Positions 12,588 to 24,505 of a DNA stretch of 64,000 nucleotides are shown in pieces. The DNA is from the human T2T-CHM13v2.0 reference genome, Homo sapiens: the NCBI RefSeq assembly GCF_009914755.1, contig NC_060948.1; one strand, written 5' to 3'. A model generated the notes under the pieces. The model made no database searches, was not told the origin of the DNA, and saw nothing but the letters and a program-made list of their open reading frames with translations. Within the stretch, counting starts at the first letter, position 1. Each line of letters begins with the position of its first letter. Position numbers and translations under genes: made by a program.

Positions 12588-13790
12588 CAATATGAACATA
12601 CTTCAATATGGTACATTTGTTCCTGATGAGCTACTTCTGTTGTACAATCAAATGTAAGGAAGTGTCAATGAAAACAGTCAAACTCTGTAAAACATTTGAA
12701 GAGATTTATTCTGAGCCAAATATGAGTGACTATGGTTAGGACACAGCCCTTAGGAGGTCCTGAGAACATGTACCAAGGTGGTCAGGGTACACCTTGTTAT
12801 TATACATTTTAGGGAGACATGGCACTTCAATCACATACATTTAAGAAATACATTGGCTTGATCTATAAAGCTGGGACAACTCGAAATGGGGGGCTTCCAG
12901 CTTACAGGTAGATTTAAAATTTTTCTGGTTGACCATTGGTTGAATTTATCTAGAGACCTGGGATCAATAGAAAGGAATGTCTGGGTTAAGATAAAGGATT
13001 TTAGAGACCCAAGTTCTTATTTGCAGAGGAAGTCTTCAGGCAGTAGGCTTCACAGAGAATACGTTTTAAAATGTTTCTTATCATACTTAAAGTCTGTGTT
13101 GATGTTAATTCCAAAGAGGTATAATGAGGCATGTCTGACCCTCACTTCCCGTCTTGGCCTGAAACAGTCTCTCAGATTAAATTTTAGAGAGCCTTGGCTG
13201 AGGAGGAAGTCCATTTAGAAGGTTGGGAGCCTTAGAATTTTATTTTTGGTTTACAGAAGTGTATTTTGCTTTTGATATTATTAACTGTATTTCAAGTCTA
13301 ACATGTTTTCCTAGGAGCATTAAATACTCTGTGGATTTTATTACACAAATAAGGCACAGATCCCATTTTATCATTACCTTCATTACTACCTATATTGACA
13401 TAATTTCAACTGAATTTGGAAACATTCCAGAGTCTGGGCTTCCAATAATCCTTTGTGATCCTCTAAAAGGTATATTACATTTTTCCTCAAGACATAACAA
13501 TATCTAAAATCACTCATAGAATGTCCTGCCACTTTTGTTTATCTAGTTTCATCAATTTCTCTAAAATTGACTTTGAATATCCCTTTAAACTCTTCTGTTT
13601 TAGAAAGCATCACAAGGAAACATCGAATGATCGTGGTCACAAAATCTGTTCATATTCTTCCTTTCTCTGAATATTTTTTGCAGTGACAAATATTTGTTTC
13701 TGTTGTATTACTGTTAAAAGGAATGCTTGGAAACAAAGACAAAGATTCATTACAATAAGTGATCCAGTCACAATAAATCAATTTGTCATT
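12588..13790 (-). mobile_element. Fossil hAT (Tip100/Zaphod-like) DNA-transposon transposase fragment, split by an LTR
   Basis: Manual minus-strand translation gives ...KQKWQDIL..., NIPFRGSQRIIGSPDSGMF, LLGKHVRLEI and, past the LTR, SLTFDCTTEVAHQEQM. These resemble hAT/ZMYM1-type motifs (FRG...; FSI-x-DCT-x-D-xx-H-xEQM). Many stops and frameshifts. Confidence 0.65.
12663..13255 (-). mobile_element. MER4-family solo LTR
   Basis: Minus strand starts TGTAAACCAAAAATAAAATTCTAAGG. Exact TSD gaag at 12659-12662 and 13256-13259. Confidence 0.85.
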
Positions 13791-13796
13791 TGGACC

Positions 13797-14088
13797 TTTT
13801 TTTTTTTTCTGAGATGGAGTCTTGCTCTGTCACCCAGGCTCGAGTGCAGTGGCGCGATCTCGGCTGACTGCAACCTCCGCCTCTTGGGTTCAAGCAATTC
13901 TGCCTCAGCCTCCTGAGTAACTGGGATTACAGGTGCCTGCCACCACACCCAGCTAATTTTTGTATTTTTAGTAGAGACCAGGTTTCACCATGTTGGCCAG
14001 GCTGGTCTCAAACTCCTGACCTCGTGATCCACCTGCCTTGGCATCCCAAAGTGCTGGGATTACAGGTGTGAGCCACCGTGCCTGGCCC
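13797..14088 (-). mobile_element. AluS
   Basis: Full-length antisense Alu consensus. Confidence 0.95.
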
Positions 14089-14499
14089 TTTTTTATTTTT
14101 TAAAGTTGTACTTTTGAAAATGTTCAGCAATGAATTGAAATAGTCTCTAAAATGTGATTTTTTCCCTGGTCTAAGGTGACCAGATTTCTAGAGAGTGAAC
14201 CCAGGACAGAACCACACCACAAGTAAAAAATATGATTAATAAGTTTACACGAGTATGTTATTTTAACATAAAACATGCAAAAGAGGCACTTATTTGGAAT
14301 TATTTATTAGTCTGCATTATATACTTCACAGCATCATGAATGTTCTTATTTTTTAAATGTAGGACTAGTTAGTGTCAATTACTACTATTAGTACAAATAA
14401 TTAACAAACTATAGAAATAATCCCTGAAAGTATAGTCTTAATTATTAGTACAAATAAATAAGCAGATGTTTGAAAAAAATTACGTTTTGAATAAAGTTA

Positions 14500-15830
14500 T
14501 TATTTTAAATTAGTTTTAGATTCACACAGAAATTAGAAAGAAGAATGCAGATTTCCCCTGTAGCTGCAACCTAGTTTTCCCTCTTATTAACATATTAGTA
14601 TGTATCAGATGTCTTCTTAACATCTTACATCATTTGTTACCATTAATGACCAGATATTAATATGTTATTACTAAATAAGCCCACGTTTTATTTGGTTTCC
14701 CTCAGTTCTATCTTTTTCTATTCTGGGATCCCATCTCAGATCCTACAGGACATTTAGTTGTCATGTCAGGCTCTTCTTGCCTATGATTGTTTCTCAGACT
14801 TTCCTTCTGATAGCCTTGACAGTGTAAGAAAGACTGGTCAGGTATTGTGTAGAAAATATCTCATTGTGGTTTACTTGGTATTTTTCTCATAATTATACTG
14901 GGGTTACGGGTTTGGGGGAAGCAGATCAGATGTGTAGTGCTATTCTAGTCTCTTCATGCTCTCAAGATGCATTATCACCATTAATGTTAATTTTGATCAC
15001 CTGGCTGAGGTAGTGTTTTTAGGTTTCTCACTGTGAAGTTACTTTTTCCCCATGTCCATACTGTATGTATTCTTTTGGAGGAAATAAGCATGCAGAGCCC
15101 ACACTTAAGGAGTAGGGAGTTAGCTCTACTTCCTTGATGGCTGAGTATCTACATTAGGTATTTGGAATTCTTCTGTATAAGATATTTCTATTTGGCCAAT
15201 TTGCATATTTATTTAATCATTTATTTAGACCAGTATGGACAACCAGACAGTTACTTCAATCTTTTGGTTATTATCCAATTGTACAGTATTTTGTTGCTTT
15301 GATTTCCTACCTGTGGCCATTGGGAGATCTTTCTATTGGCTCCTGTTTTCCTTTGACATAACTGCATGTTTTGTTTTGTTTTGTTTTAACAATTTCTTTC
15401 TGACACTTCAAGAGTATCCTGGCTCATATATTTACTGTCTCAGCCCTAGTTTAGCTATTTCTTCCAAGAGCACTGATTTCCCTTATTAGAGAATGGTTTT
15501 AAAAACTTATATCTGGCAGCTAAATATGCTCATTGCATCTTGTCCCTCACAGCTGACAATGCAAGGAAATATATATGTGTGTGTTCTAACCTACATATAC
15601 ATGCCTAATTATAAAGATTTCTATGTGGATCCATCTGTGTATATATTAAGCTACATGTGAGTTTATACTGATATCTCCAATCAATGGACTCTGATCCATT
15701 ATCACAAGAATTATTCTAGCCTCCCCTGCCTTTCTTGTCTGTAAATTCTCACTCTGACAGCAAGGAATTAGCTTCTACCATCTGCCATTTATTTAATCCC
15801 TTGTTCCAGTATAAACACCGAATTTATTGT
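14500..15830 (-). mobile_element. Old L1M 3'-end fragment
   Basis: Antisense L1MC/ME-like 3' UTR motifs (catttagttgtcatgtc, tttgatcacctggctgaggtagtg). Confidence 0.55.
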
Positions 15831-15850
15831 TGTTGATTCAAATTATAAGT

Positions 15851-18335
15851 TGTGATTTAATAATAAATATATGTTTGGTCTCTGTCTCTATTTCCTGGTA
15901 CAGAGCTCCCAAAACCCTTACAATTTCTTGAGTGATAGGGGTGCTAGGAGCATTTTTTGTTCTCATATTTGGTCTTTGACCCTGGTTTCTGACACAGAGT
16001 TTCCAAATGCCTTAAAAATCTCTCAGGTAATAGGAATGTCTTTTGCTCTGCTCCTGGATGGCTTCAGGATGGGGCGTGGTCACCAGAAATACCAAGCCAT
16101 GATTAGAAGCTTGTAACTTTCAGCTTCATATCCTATCCTCTGAGGGGAAAGGGGGCTGGAGATTGAGTTAATAATCAATCATGCCTATGTGATAAAGCCT
16201 CCATAAAAATCCCTGAAAGAGGTGGGAGGATCACTTCAGGCCAGGAATTTGAGGCCTGCCTAGGCAACACAGTGAGACTCCATCTCTACAGAAAATAAGA
16301 GAGTTGGGTGTGGTAGTGTGTGCACGTAGTCCTAGCTACTTGGGAAACTAAGGCAGAAGGATTGCTTGAGGGCGGGAGTTCAAGGTTGCAGTAAGCTATA
16401 ATTGTACCCCTGCACTCCAGGCTTGGGATAGAGCGAGACTTTGTCTCTTAAAAAATCCTAAAAGATAGGGTTTAAAGAGTTTCTAAATTGTTAAATACAT
16501 CCATGTGCAGGGAGCATGGCAAACCCCAACTCCATGAGGACAGAGCTTCCGCACTTCCAAACTTTGCTTTGTGTACCCCCTTATCTGGCTGTTCATGTGT
16601 TTTCTTTACCATGTCCTTTATAATGAACTGGGGTCTTAGTCCTTTCAGGTTGCTATAAAAAAATACCATAGACTGGGTAACTTTTAAACAACATAAATTT
16701 GTTGCATATAATTCTGGAGCCTGGAAAGTCCAAGATCAAGGCACTGGAAGATTCCATGTCTGGTGAGGGCTCGTCTCTCAGAGATAGTACCTTCTAGCCA
16801 TGTCCTCACATGGCAGAATAGAGAAACAGGCTCCCTACAGACTCTTTTATAAGGGCACTTGTGCCATTCATGAGGGCAGAGCCTTGATTATTGGGGAAAT
16901 CTGTCCCCAGTATTTCAGTGTAGGTTCTTTCTGTTTTTCATAAGTGTCGGCCGGCTGAGAAATAAAGACAGACAGTACAAAGAGAGGAATTTTACAGCTG
17001 GGCTGCCGGGGGTGACATCACATATCAGTAGGACCATGATGTCCACCTAAGTCTCAGACCAGCAAGTTTTTATTAAGGGTTTCAGAAAGGGAGGGAGTGT
17101 AAGAACAGGGAGTAGGTACAAAGATCACATGCTTCAAAAGGCAAAAAGCAGTGCTGCTAGTAAGGGTCTAACAAAGATCACATGCTTCTGAGGGAACAGG
17201 ACAAAGGGCAAAAGCAGAACTACTAATAAGGGTCTATGTTCAGCAGTGCACATATTGTCTTGATAAACATCTTAAATAACAGAAAACAGGGTTCAAGAGC
17301 AGAGAACCGGTCTGACCACAAATTTACCAGGGTGAAGTTTCTCCCCACCCTAGTAAGCCTGAGGGTACTGCAGGAAACCAGGGTGTATCTCAGTCCTTAT
17401 CTCAACTGCATAAGACATACATTCCCAGAGCGGCCATTTATAGACCTCCCCCCAGGAATGCATTCCTTTCCCAGGGTATTGATATTAATATTCCTTGCTA
17501 GGAAAAGAATTTAGTGATATCTCTCCTACTTGCGCGTCCATTTATAGGCTCTCTGCAAGAAGAAAAATATGGCTCTTTTTGCCTGACCCTGCAGGCAGTC
17601 AGACCTTATGGTTGTCTTCCCTTGTTCCCTAAAAATCGCTGTTATTCTGTTCTTTTTCAAGGTGCACTGATTTCATATCATTAAAACACACATGTTTTAC
17701 AATCAATTTATACAGTTAACACAATTATCACAGTGGTCCTGAGGTGACATACATCCTCAGCTTATGAAGATAACAGGATTAAGAGATTAAAGTAAAGACA
17801 GGCATAAGAAATTATAAAAGCATTATTTGGGAACTGATAAATGTCCATGAAATCTTCACAATTTATGTTCCTCTGCCACAGCTCCAGCCAGTCCCTCTGT
17901 TTGGGGTCTCTGACTTCCCACAACACTTGACAATGAATTACCTGTTTAAACCATCCTCTTGGAGGTTAGGTTTCAACATATGAATTTTGGGGGGACACCA
18001 ACATTGAGATCATATTAACCAGTAAACATAAGTAAATGTTTCCCTGAGTTCTATGAGCCATCATAGCAAATTATCAATCCTGAGGAGGAGGTGTGGGACT
18101 GTTCAATTTGCAGCTAAGTCATACAGAAGTATGAGTAAACTGGGGATTTACTAGTTGTGATTGGCATCTGAAGTGGGGGGGGCAGTCTGGTGTTACTGAG
18201 CCCTTAAACTATTAGGTATGTAATAACTCCAGTTAGTTCATGTCATAATTGAACTATATAACACCCAGCTGGTGTCCAGAAAGTTGGAGAATTGGTTGAT
18301 ATGGGAAAATCCCTCATATATTTGGTGTCAGAAGT
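15851..18335 (+). mobile_element. MER21-like LTR containing nested Alu, MaLR and MER11 insertions
   Basis: MER21-like start (tgtgatttaataataaatatatgtttggtctctgtc) and end (catatatttggtgtcagaagtg). Alu at ~16220-16455, MLT1/MST-like MaLR at ~16632-18015. Confidence 0.6.
16889..17925 (-). mobile_element. MER11 solo LTR (HERV-K11/HML-8)
   Basis: Minus strand starts TGTTGTGGGAAGTCAGAGACCCCAAAC, ~1.04 kb, 6-bp TSD cttgat/cttgac typical of betaretrovirus-like elements. Confidence 0.85.
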
Positions 18336-18379
18336 GAAGTATTGAGAGTATAGATGAAAAACAGGTTTTTTTTTCTTTT

Positions 18380-19950
18380 TACAGATATACTGGTTTCAAA
18401 ATTGACTATTACCCCTGGGGGAGAGAACTTTATAAAATAGAGACCACTATTTATATTCAGTATATTCTGCTTTTAGACTATAGATTCTACTCATTTCCAA
18501 AGTGACTTAGGTTAGCACTTTCTGCCCATCACCTGCAGTGAGTTTTTCCATAAATTTGTAATACAGTTAGATTCCTGATCCCATTCTATATTTTATCCTT
18601 GGATACTACTGCACCCTAAATGTTTGATTTAATTTGTATAGCTTGTGATTTATTCTTTGGGCTGTAAAACTATATCAGTTTTATAAAATGCATAGTGTCA
18701 GGTATCCACCATTGAAGTACCTTCAAATACCCACCCTATGTAACCACTGATTCGTTTATCTCTGTAATTTTGCCTTTCCCAAAATATGATATAAAATGGG
18801 GTGAAATGGTGGGTAGCCTCTTCAGACTGGCTTCCTTCACTTAGCAGTATACATGCAAGATTTACCCATGTCTTCGCATGCGTAGATAGTTTATTCCTTT
18901 CTATTTATGAATGGTACTCCATTGCATAGATGCACCCCAATTTGATCATGCATTCAGCTATTGAAGGAAATTCTGATTACATTTTGACCATTATGAATAG
19001 AACTGCTGTACATAATTACATGCTGGTATATGTTTGAACATAACTTTTCAAAGCAGTTGTCTAAATACAGGCAATTTAGGAGTGCAATTGTCAGATTATA
19101 AGGTGAGAGTTGTTCAGCTTTGGAAAAAAAAAACTGCGAAAGTGTCTTCTGAAGTGACTGTACCATTATGCGTTCTACCAGCAATGAATGACAGCTCCTA
19201 TTGTTCTTCAGCCTCCAGCAAGTGGTTTATCAGGGCTCTTTTAGAGTTCAGCAGTTCTAAAGGGTGTGCAGCTATCTCATTGTTGTTTTAATTTACAATT
19301 TCCTAATGATATGTTGAGCACCCTTTTGTATGATTATTTGCTATCTTTATATTTTATTTGGTCAGGTGTCCATTTAGCTATTTACTCATTTTAATTGGGT
19401 TTTTAGTTATCTTATTGCTTCTTTTTAAGAGTTCTTTTTGTGTTATCATTATTTTTAGAGACAGTGTCTTGTTATATTGCTCGGACTGGTCTCAAACTAC
19501 TAGCTTCAAGCCATCCTCTTGCCTCAGCCTCCCAAGTAACTGGGATTGCAGGCATGAGCCACCCCACCCAACATCTTTTTATATTTTTAATACAATTGTT
19601 TTTACCAGATATGTATTTTGTAAATACTTTCTCCCAGTCTGTGTCTTGTCTTTGTTCTCTGAATAGGCTCTTTCTCAGAGTTGAAAATTTAGTTTTATAA
19701 AGTCTGTGTTATCAGTATTTTTTCTTTTGTGATGTGGCTTTTGGTATTATGTGTTAAACCTCAGCACCAAATCCAAGGTTGCACAGGCTTTCTTCTAGAA
19801 TGTTTATAGTTTTGCATTTCAAATTTCAGCCTATGGATGATTGTGAGTGAATTTTTGCATAATTTTAGTTTGCATGTACATTATTTTCATTCCATATGGT
19901 TTCTAAATAATTGTTCCATCACTATTTTTGAAAAATACACGGGATAGTGA
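18380..19950 (-). mobile_element. Old L1M fragments with a partial Alu (~19450-19570)
   Basis: Antisense L1 3'-end motifs (gactggcttccttcacttagca, tatctcattgttgttttaatttacaatttcctaatgat). Confidence 0.6.
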
Positions 19951-20956
19951 ATTTCCAAAATAATCGCACTGAGTAAATGAATGCTGAATTGTATTGATTT
20001 TTCAAGAGAGCCAAGAGGGGGCACACGTCCACCGATAAACTGTGAGCAAGAGCGTCCTGTGCTGAGTCCTGACAGCCACCAGATGGCATGTGAACCCGCC
20101 TCTTCTGACCATCTCCCCTCAGATGGTGGGAGCAGGGAGACAAGAACTTCATTTTCCTCAAGGCTCCAGGATGGAGATCTAAACTTGATACTGTTCAGTG
20201 GTGAATTAAAAGCTTCTGTCCACAACTCGGAGTGTAGCGGAGATTCTGATTCAGAGGATTCTGCACAGGAAGGGTTCATGTAGAAAAATATAACCCCAAA
20301 ATCCCACTGTTGCCATTGCACCCTGAGATCATTCTCAACATCCAAGACATAGTGGCTACAATATATATTCACACAATGGCCTCTAGTAGTTAGTATCCAC
20401 TCAGTGGCCCCTACTACTGATGGAATCATGTCCACACAGTGGCCACTAATGAAATTCACACTCTTTTGAGAATTATTGGTTTCACAGCTTTGGCTGAAAT
20501 GGAGCCTCTATAATGAAGTTTGATGTCATCTCTACTTTCCTGGTATGGTATTGATATGGTTGTTTTATAAAGTAATTTACTTTCCAGTAAATTCATACTT
20601 ATAGGAAACATGCAATGGCAGTACAAAATACCTTTTATCCTTTCTCTCAGATTCCCCAGTGGTCACTCCAGTACCAGATTTGCAACTTCACACAAAATAC
20701 TCTACTGTATTTTACTCAAAGCAGGGACACTCTCCCAGGTAACCACCACATAACCTCCAAATCAGGAAATCAATATGGTTTCTACCTGACAATCCAATCA
20801 GCTGACCCAGTTCACTTTACTGCCTGTGCTGACTGTGAGAAAAATGTCTCTTTCCCTTTGGATCCAGTTTTCTTTTCCTGGAACTGTTCCTGTGACTATC
20901 TCTCAGTTTCACAACCTTGGCAGATTTAAATAATAGAGATGAATCCAAGCTGCCTC

Positions 20957-21522
20957 TGTCATAGTTTTGCCAATGCACCACAACATAGAAGTTTCTCTTT
21001 GCCTGAGGTAGTACCTGGAGTTCTTTGTCTCATGACCAAGAAAGTTAAGGAGTGCAGACACAAAGGGTGAGGTTGGAGTGAAAGTTTAATAAGCCAAAGA
21101 TGAAAGCTCTCCACTACGGAGAGGGGACCCAGAAGAGGGTTGCTGTTTTTACAGTTGAATGCAAAGGCTTTTATAAGAAACAGATGAGGTCTTGGTATCT
21201 CATTTGCATAAGGCATGAATTTCTGGTGGCGCCACCCCATCTTTCTAGTGCACATGCGGGCTCTTATCTTGAGTTACTACCTATTGCTTTGTTCCCCTTA
21301 CTGTGCATGTGTCAGGGGACAGAATTTTCCATTGTGGGCATGTCTGGGCAAGTCACCTGTGTAGCTTTTCTTATCTGTGTGGCTGTAGCCATGTCTTAGG
21401 CAAGTCCCCTTGTGCATGTTCCCTTATCTGTGCCTGCAGGCTGTTCTTTTGTTTGAAAGGATTCATCTGAGCACCCACCCTAACTGCCTGCCTGACCGGG
21501 TTTTTTCCTTTCTCCTCTCTCA
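20957..21522 (-). mobile_element. ERV1 solo LTR (MER50-like, tentative)
   Basis: Minus strand TGAGAGAGGAGAAAGG...TGACA, TSD cctc/cttc. Confidence 0.7.
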
Positions 21523-22480
21523 CTTCTGCCCCCTGTTTCCTCCTGAGCAGTTGCAAACACTGCACTCCTCAGTACAGCCCACCAGGAGGAACACAGAGCC
21601 ACCCACCCACCACAGGTGATCTCAACTTGATAATGGCAAAATACACACATAAATCTCATCCTGTCACTCTCCTGATTTAATGTTCCTAATGGGTTTCCAC
21701 TGGCCTTAGAACAAGGTCCATATGGCTTTTCATGGTCTACTGGCCCATGAGTGCTCCTGCCTGCTCCCCTCTCCCATTCAGTCAGCCCCAATTACCTGCA
21801 GTCCAATTTGCTTTCAATTACAGGGACATAGCAGGCTTGTGGGTGTCTCAGGAATTTTATGCATGTTCTCTTAACCCATGCACCCAGCGCCCCCAACCTT
21901 ATCAAATTTTCTAAGACTTTGTCCAGCTAATTCTGTTGTAGTATGACAAGCCACAGACAAAACCCCTCAGACACCGACTTAAAGAAGGAAGTGGTTTATT
22001 TGGTCGGGAGCATTGGCAAGACTCTTGCCTCAAGAGCTGAGCTCCCCAAGTGAGCAATTCCTGTCCCTTTTAAGGGCTCACAACTCTAAGGGGGTGCACA
22101 TGAGAGGGTCGTGATCAATTGAGCAAGCAGGGATAGGTGACTGGGGGCTGCATGCACTGGTAATTAGATCAGAACAAAACAGGACAGGGATTTTCACAAT
22201 GCTTTTCTATACAATGTCTGTAATCTATAGATAACATAACCAATTAGGTTAGGGGTCGATCTTTAACTACCAGGTCCAGGGTGTGGTGCCGGGCTGTCTG
22301 CTTGTGGATTTTATTTCTGCCTTTTAGTTTTTACTTCTTCTTTCTTTTGATGCAGAAATTGGGCATAAGACAATATGAGGGGTGGTCTCCTCCCTTATTC
22401 CCCCCCCACTTTGAGAATCTCACTCAACAGTGGGAGTTCTCACTTTTATTCTCCTTACCCATGTCTTCTTGCAAGACAGA

Positions 22481-24485
22481 TCAATAGTGATTCATATAGT
22501 ACACTTGTGCTGAAGCATTTTGGTGAACTAAGGTAGCAATGAAGCTTTGTATCATTTGAAGAAGTACAGGTAGCAAACAAGGGAGCAGTAAGCAGGTTCC
22601 TATTACTATTATAACTCTTATTATAAGAGGTTTAAATCCTTCTAGCGCTGGGAACCATTTTCCAAACATGGCTGCAGGATCAAATCCATGCCACACTTGC
22701 ACGGGCACATGTGCCAGTTTTGTCATATCTCTAACTATGTCTTCCACTACTTGCCCTTGATCATCTATGTGTAGACAGCAATTAGTAAGGTTAAATTTCC
22801 CACACACCCCTCCTTCAGCTGCTAGCAAGTAGTCGAGAGCCAATCTATTTTGATAGATAGCATTTCTCATCTGAGTTTCTTGCTGGGCCAGTATAGTCAA
22901 GGCTCTGCCTGTTTTATTAGTGATTATTTCTAAGACAGCTTGTAACCGTGTGATTCAGTTGATCATGTAAATGGGGGTCCAGTATCCCCATGAGCTGTCT
23001 TGTGCCTAAGTAGCAGGCCCATAATATTGTATGATTCTCTCAGGGGGCCATTCATCATCTTTCCAATTTCTTATAGCTATGCTTCTCTTTTTGCAGGAAG
23101 CATACACAGGGAAGCCCAGGAGTTCACCTGTTTTTGTGGGCAGTGGGAAGAAAGATGGTCCAATAGTGCCAATAACACAACTACCTGCCCACTGGTCGGG
23201 TAATTTGGCGTAAGCTCTATGCTCCCATATCCAGTATAATCCAGTGGGGGCTGTCCACTCCCGGTGGGACTCCAGGTGAGTCCACCCATTTTGCAACTTT
23301 GGGAATTTACTAAATGGATTCCTTTCTGTGTGATTTGAACTCCACCAAGTGACTGTTTTTGTGGTACCATTATACAGTTTCTGTCCTAGACAACTAAGTA
23401 GCCCTACGGGGTGAGTGAATTCTTTTCTTTCTCTAGCTATGCAATATTGTCCAATAATTGAGGCTTTTAGGACCCAGAAATTATCAGGGTGATTCTTTTC
23501 AGCCAGGAATTCATCAGGAACTCGTCTGTAGCTACTAATTCTCGGGCTTCTCATGGCCATTGATCTCCCATTACAGTTCCTCCACATACATAACATGAAG
23601 TGACATTGAGAGACTGGGCTACATGCTCGGCTAATTGCAAAAACAAATTTCTTGTTTTTCCTGGAATTTCTGGTACTGGCACATTTAATTCATCATAGAA
23701 AGTTGGAAACACTGGCTCAGGAGAGCGTCTGTAAACTTCTCCTCAAACTAAGATATTTACTCAAGGATCCAGTCTGGCCCCATCGATTTCTAAGGTCACA
23801 CGCTCCCCTTTTTTCCAGTGAGGATCAAGGGGGTTGGTTATTACTAGCTCTAAGGGGTTACAATGTCCCTTAGTACAGGAAGGGCCATTTTTTCCTTTCT
23901 GAAGGTGGACTGGATCCTTTTCATTTTTTATCTAAGTGGCCCAAATGACACAAGACGAGCATCCACATTCATTTCTACACAGTCTTAATTCATGACAAAT
24001 GTACTTATTTTCAGTAATATCACCTTTTTCCTAACTAAAAAAGCCGCATCCCCTTCCTAACTTATTGCTATTAATGACAGCACAGGCATCAAATTTCAAG
24101 GTTATGTGTTTGGGCACCCCTTTTTCTTCTGTTCTGGCTAATACTTTACTAGTATCATTTATGAGTCCCCACCAGTCTTCAGTCCTTAATCTTATTTCAA
24201 AAACTGTCCACATGGGAAGCTCAGAGGGGTCATAACACACATCTGGTCAGTCGTTTTCTGGGCTACATACCTTGTACTGAGTGTCATTATATAAACATGT
24301 TCCTTTTAAAGTTCCTAGGCATTCATAGTAACTATAGAACAGAAAGATTGTTTTAACTTGCTGCCCTACCTCGGTAACCTCATGTATACACTGAGAGCAG
24401 TCTCCATGTGGAGAAAATCAGTGGAAATTTTTACTATACAAGTCCAAATTATAAGGAAAATGAGTCCCATGATGATCTTCCTCAT
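22481..24485 (-). pseudogene. HERV-E env (fragmented)
   Basis: Signal-like MRKIIMGLIFLII at 24485, cleavage-like KKR, immunosuppressive domain [19 protein letters not shown]6CC motif and TM segment. Confidence 0.9.
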
Positions 24486-24505
24486 GCTTCAGCCACGTAG
24501 ACCAG

